Below, in pieces: positions 58,870 to 64,000 of a stretch of 64,000 nucleotides of DNA. Within the stretch, counting starts at the first letter, position 1, and each line of letters starts with the position of its first letter. Location: the NCBI GenBank assembly GCA_002269645.1, contig NIVC01002866.1:62001-126000 (forward strand). The letters run 5' to 3'. The notes under the pieces were generated by a model. That model did no database searches. It was not told the DNA's origin and saw nothing but the letters and a program-made list of their open reading frames with translations. The position numbers and the translations under genes are program-made. The DNA comes from Macrostomum lignano (taxonomy: Eukaryota).

Positions 58870-60517
58870 CAATACGCATTTAGTGTCACAGGGCGCGCCT
58901 CAAGGCCAGGTCGCGGATGAACGCCACGCCGCCGGCCGAATCCGGGGCGCCGGCGTCAGCCAGCAGGCAGTCGACGAAACGCCGAGTGCGCGCCTGCCCC
59001 CGCCGGTATAGTACGTAGGGTGCCTGCAGCAGAACCTGCACCGGCTCTGGGCAGTACGACTCGGCGCGGATGATGTGGCCTGCCAGCTGGAGTCGCCGAC
59101 GGCGCAACAGGTCGCTTGGACGGACCAGGTGATACAAAGCCGCGTTAGTCACTCGCTCGTAGCCGATCTTGAAGGCGCAGTAGGCCAGCGTGCGGCGCGT
59201 CAACTTGTTGCTCGAGCGACTCCGTCAGCGCGTCCAGGTCTCGGCGTTGTACAGTAGGACGGTCTCGATAACCGCCTGGAACAACGCCGCCCTCTGGCGT
59301 TCAGGTAAGGCCTCGGACTGCAGGACTGCCCTCACAGAACGGAAGGCAGCCCAGGCAAGCTCGCGGCGACGCCGCAAATCCTCGCGAACGCTAGGAACCA
59401 GACCGCCGAGGTACATGTAGACGAACTGCTGACAACGTGGAAGCTCTGTCGCCTGTCCATCAGCGCCTCAGCACAAAATTGCCTCGATGTCGTCCGGCAC
59501 GCAGAGCACGAAGGTCTTCTGCGTGTTGAACACCAGGCCGACACTCGCCGCAACAGCAACCAGCTTGTCCAGTTGTCGCTGGGCGCCCTCGGCAGTTGAG
59601 GACAGCAGGGCGAGGTCGTCGGCGTAGCCAAGCACGCTGAGCCGCCTCTCCGGTTGACGTCGACCCACGTGTCGCCGCAACAGAAAGCCGTCGTCGTTGG
59701 TAGGAAGAGCGGTCCGCAGCACCCAGTCAAGCACCACAACGAACAGGAACGGCGCAAGCGTATCTCCTTGAAGCACCCCGGAGGATGTCTCAAAGAAGTC
59801 CGATAGACCGTCCGGTGTTGAAACAGCTTTCGTATCACGGTACATCGCCATGAAGACGGAAATCAGCTGCTCTTGCACGTTGTACGCACGGAGCACCTTT
59901 GGGAGCCTGACGACCAAGTCGAATGCCTTCTTGAAATCTATGAAGATAACAATCAGGATCGACTGGCGTATCCGTGCTTCCTCGATGACTCGCTGAAGAG
60001 CCAGGATCTGCGTTACTGTGCCGCGATGGAAGCCGTTCTGCTCAGGACGCAGGAACGGATCCAGCACGGGCTGCAACCGCGATAGCAGCATCCAGCATCC
60101 GGTTGAACAACTTCGCAGCGCAGGACTGAAGGCAGATGCCTCGATGCTCCTCAAGCCTCGTGGTGTCCGGCTTCTTAGGAACTGCGACGATGTGCGCCGT
60201 GGTCCATTCGTTGGGTTCCTTCTCACCGAAGAGCATGTGATTCATCACTCTGGCGACCTCACTGGCTACACAGTGGATGCGCAGCGCCTTGACGGGCACC
60301 TCGTCCGGATCCAGCGCTTTCCCGCCCGGTGACTGTTGGGCAAGCCTCACAACGGCGGCTGTGCTGACTGGTGCTAGGCTGAAGCTCTTCTCTGCCGGCA
60401 AGCGGCATCTCCGGCGGCAGCGTCAGACTGTCTGGCAGCGGGGGTGGCGGCGCGTTGACAATGGCGGCAAAGAACTCAAGCAGCTTGTTCCTGCGCTCGT
60501 CCGCAGTCTCCTGCCAG
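58870..60517 (-). mobile_element. 5'-truncated, frameshifted non-LTR retrotransposon (RTE-like clade), RT plus C-terminal region
   Basis: GKALDPDEVP, WTTAHIVAVPKK, HRGICLQSCAAKLF, EQNGF, FIDFKKAFD, GVLQGDTLAPFLF, YADDLALL, YLGG, ETVLLYNAETW, RRRRLQLAGHI, spread over four frames. No endonuclease domain is present. Confidence 0.93.
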
Positions 60518-60885
60518 GTTTAGCATGTAAAATCATACCTCACTTGCCTGAGTCGAGTGCCTTCACCTGTAGTCTGTAGATGATTAAAAGTAATCGTTAA
60601 TATTCATGTACATGTACATGCATCTTCGGTCATTCTGCTGTTGAGTTGACACTATACATGTAACTTTAGCCATTTGCCAGTCTACTCTAAATCTTGTAGT
60701 GTATGACTTCGAGGAAAAATTCAAATTAAAGCAGCTCCATTCCTCTGCATACTCAATTATTTCAAGCTTATTGATTTATTCTTGTTTAAAAGACACGAGC
60801 TTTTCATGTAGATTGCACATGCACATTCTCTTGTTCAAATGAATGGAGAAGTACATCCGCGAACATTGCGAAAATGCGCCTGACG

Positions 60886-63107
60886 TCACTTGGCCAGCAG
60901 TCGCCTTGCCAGACTTCTATAGTCGATAAATAATTCGCTATCATCTTGTCCTACTGCTGCTTCTTTTTCTCCACCGCTGCTTGTAGCACTTGCTGGCTTG
61001 GCCATGAGCAGCAGCTCGTCCACCTCGGCTGGCGACAGCGGCTCCCCCATGCTGGTGAGCAGTGCTCGCAGCCGCGTAGCCGCCAGCCGGCCAGTTAGCC
61101 GACGATCCAAAGCCCTGAAGGCCTCTTCGAGTTCCGTTGCGGGACGGCGCCCGGACGACGATGACGACGCCGACGATGAGTGCAGACGTCGGGAAACAGC
61201 ATCGCAAAAATCGTCACAGGTGATCGCAGAGGGACTGCCGCTGCCATGCAGGCCTGCGGCCAGTTCCTATGGAAATTCAGGGGTGCTTGATATGGTGCAG
61301 GTATCACACCTCTGTGTAGAAGCTCTTTTGAATTTGTGGAGCTCTACTCGTCGAGTTCCCTGTCTCTACTCCCCGAATCCCCTCTCTCTACTCCCCGAAT
61401 TCCATCCCTCTACTACCCGAATTCCCTCCGTCTACTCCCCCAATTTCCCCTCTCTACTCCCCGAATTCCCTCTCTCTACTCCCCGAATTCCCTCTCTCTA
61501 CTCCCCGAATTCCTTCTCTCTACTCCCGAATTCCCTCTCTCTACTCCCGAATTCCCTCTCTCTACTCCCCGAATTCCCTCTCTCTACTCCCCGAATTCCC
61601 TCTCTCTACTCCCCGAATTCCCTCTCTCTAATCCTAGAATTCTCTCTCTCTACTCCCCAATTCCCTCTCTCTACTCCCCGAGTTCCCTCCCTCCACTCCC
61701 CCAATTCCCTCTCTCTACTCCCCGAATTCCATCCCTCTACTACCCGAATTCCCTCCGTCTACTCCCCCAATTTCCCCTCTCTACTCCCCGAATTCCGTCT
61801 CTCTACTCCCCGAATTTCCTCTCTCTACTCCCCGAATTCCCTCTCTCTAATCCTAGAATTCTCTCTCTCTACTCCCCAATTTCCTCTCTCTACTCCCGAG
61901 TTCCCTTCCTCCACTCCCCCAATTCCTTCTCTCTACTCCCCGAATTCCCTCTCTCTACTCCCCGAATTCCCTCTCTCTACTCCCCGAATTCCCTCTCTCT
62001 ACTCCCCGAATTCCCTCTCTCTAATCCTATAATTCTCTCTCTCTCTACTCCCCAATTCCCTCTCTCTACTCCCCGAGTTCCCTCCCTCCACTCCCCCAAT
62101 TCCTTCTCTCTACTCCCCGAATTCCCTCTCTCTACTCCCCGAATTCCCTCTCTCTACTCCCCGAATTCCCTCTCTCTAATCCTATAATTCTCTCTCTCTC
62201 TACTCCCCAATTCCCTCTCTCTACTCCCCGAGTTCCCTCCCTCCACTCCCCCAATTCCATCCCTCTACTACCCGAATTCCCTCCGTCTACTCCCCCAATT
62301 TCCCCTCTCTACTCCCCGAATTCCCTTTCTCTACTCCCCGAATTCCCTCTCTCTACTCCCCGAATTCCCTCTCTCTACTCCCCGAATTCCTTCTCTCTAC
62401 TCCCCGAATTCCCTCTCTCTACTCCCGAATTCCCTCTCTCCACTTCCCGAATTCCCTCTCTCTACTCCCCGAATTCCCTCTCTCTACTCCCCGAATTCCC
62501 TCTCTCTACTCCCGAATTCCCTCTCTCTAATCCTATAATTCTCTCTCTCTCTACTCCCCAATTCCCTCTCTCTACTCCCGAGTTCCCTCCCTCCACTCCC
62601 CCAATTCCATCCCTCTACTACCCGAATTCCCTCCGTCTACTCCCCCAATTTCCCCTCTCTACTCCCCGAATTCCCTCTCTCTAATCCTAGAATTCTCTCT
62701 CTCTCTACTCCCCAATTCCCTCTCTCTACTCCCTGAGTTCCCTCCCTCCACTCCCCAATTCCATCCCTCTACTACCCGAATTCCCTCCGTCTACTCCCCC
62801 AATTTCCCCTCTCTACTCCCCGAATTCCCTCTCTCTAATCCTAGAATTCCCTCTCTCTAATCCTAGAATTCTCTCTCTTTAATCCCTAAATTCCCCTTCT
62901 CTACTTTCTCTAGTCCCCGAATTCACTCTCTCTCCAATGTTCGAATTCACTCACTCGAACCTCTGCATCTGACGGATTCTGGCCAATCATTCTGATGAGG
63001 CGGCCCAGACTCTCCGCTGGCAGCTGACCAGCTCCATCTTTGTCCAGCATTGCGAACGCCTCCCGACACTCGGCCAGCTGCTGAGAGCTCAGAACGGACT
63101 CAGACAT
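60886..63107 (-). CDS. Calmodulin-like / myosin-light-chain-like EF-hand protein, 177 aa; exons 63107-62955, 61266-60886
   Basis: LAECREAFAMLDKDGAG, LGRLIRMIGQNPSDAEVR|ELAAG, ELEEAFRALDRRLTG, LLTSMGEPLSPAEVDELL and IDYRSL follow the calmodulin pattern. Donor cga|gtgagt and acceptor catag|gaa are phase 0. Confidence 0.9.
61360..62925. repeat. 21-22 bp CTACTCCCCGAATTCCCTCTCT array with higher-order blocks
   Basis: Direct periodicity in the EF-hand gene intron. Confidence 0.95.
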
Positions 63108-63635
63108 GATCAGTTTTAGAGTAGATAAACTCTTGTCTCGCTTTTCCCCAAGGGAAGAGAGCTGTCTTGCAACCTCTTAAACTCTCTCCAGACAAATGAA
63201 ATTATGAAACTTACACTTGCGCGTGCTTCTTTATCCGCGCTGGGCGATCGACACAGTTTCCATAGCAACCAATTACAGGTGTAGAGGCCGGAATGTGCAT
63301 GCACAGTATAGGAAGTGTACACACGCGGACCAAGTACCAGTTTTAAGTATTGCAGACTGCGCCGCTGGAGTGTAGGCGCGGTGTGGATTATAGACAGCTT
63401 GGGAAAGAATTTTCTATGCTGGAGGGAAGGAAGCTTGATACACGTATACACCCCTCCCCAGTGCAATAGCTTCATCAATTATTCCAATTGAGTCTGCACT
63501 CCCCATCCAAGAGTGGATGCATTTTTTGCAGCGCAGTGACTTTCTGAGTAGTTTGTGACGCTAATTGCTAGTTAATCAAAAATAGAAGGGCTCTTATGAA
63601 ACAGATTTATACAGTTTTCCTGCAGTGACGCGATC

Positions 63636-64000
63636 TATGAGCAGTCCATGAGCAATGGATCAAATGAGTGATTGTCTATGACGAATGGATCAAATGAGCG
63701 ATTGTCTATGAGCAATTAATCAAACGAGTGATTGTCTATGAGCAATTGATCAAATGAGCGATTGTCTATGAGCAATGAATCAAATGAGCGATTGTCTATG
63801 AGCAGTAGATCAAATGAGCGATTGTATGAGCAATAAATCAAATGAGCGATTCTCTATGAGCAATGGATCAAATGAGCGATTGTATGAGCAATGAATCAAA
63901 TGAGCGATTGTCTATGAGCAACGAATCAAATGAGCGATTGTCTATGAGCAGTAGATCAAATGAGCGATTGTCTATGAGCACTGAATCAAATGAGCGATTG
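63636..64000. repeat. 28-30 bp ATCAAATGAGCGATTGTCTATGAGCAATGG array running off the window end
   Basis: Direct periodicity. Confidence 0.93.

Overview
Eukaryotic, intron-containing animal DNA. High-GC3 exons, minisatellite-stuffed introns, a TTAGGG tract and an RTE-type retroelement suggest a flatworm such as Macrostomum (inference, not verified). Nine protein-coding genes were reconstructed by hand with GT-AG junctions. On the + strand: the last exon of eIF2D, a 3-exon cathepsin L, a 6-exon GLUT/SLC2 transporter with a 1-nt frameshift, a 4-exon SLC16/MCT-like transporter and a Klumpfuss-like C2H2 gene. On the - strand: a 4-exon alpha-arrestin, a 3-exon LST2/ZFYVE28, a 4-exon protein I cannot assign and a 2-exon calmodulin-like protein with degenerate EF hands. 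About 40 distinct micro- and minisatellite arrays fill roughly 20 of 22 introns and the intergenic space, and most long ORFs in the ORF track are translations of these arrays. An AT-rich, almost CpG-free island (~53.6-58.8 kb) carries two small TIR elements with 8-bp target-site duplications. One of them contains a 64-bp degenerate 28S rRNA fragment spanning the R2/I-PpoI target site, which is the most unusual object found. A 5'-truncated, frameshifted RTE-type non-LTR element follows. No tRNA, intact rRNA gene or CRISPR array was seen. Repeat boundaries are approximate.
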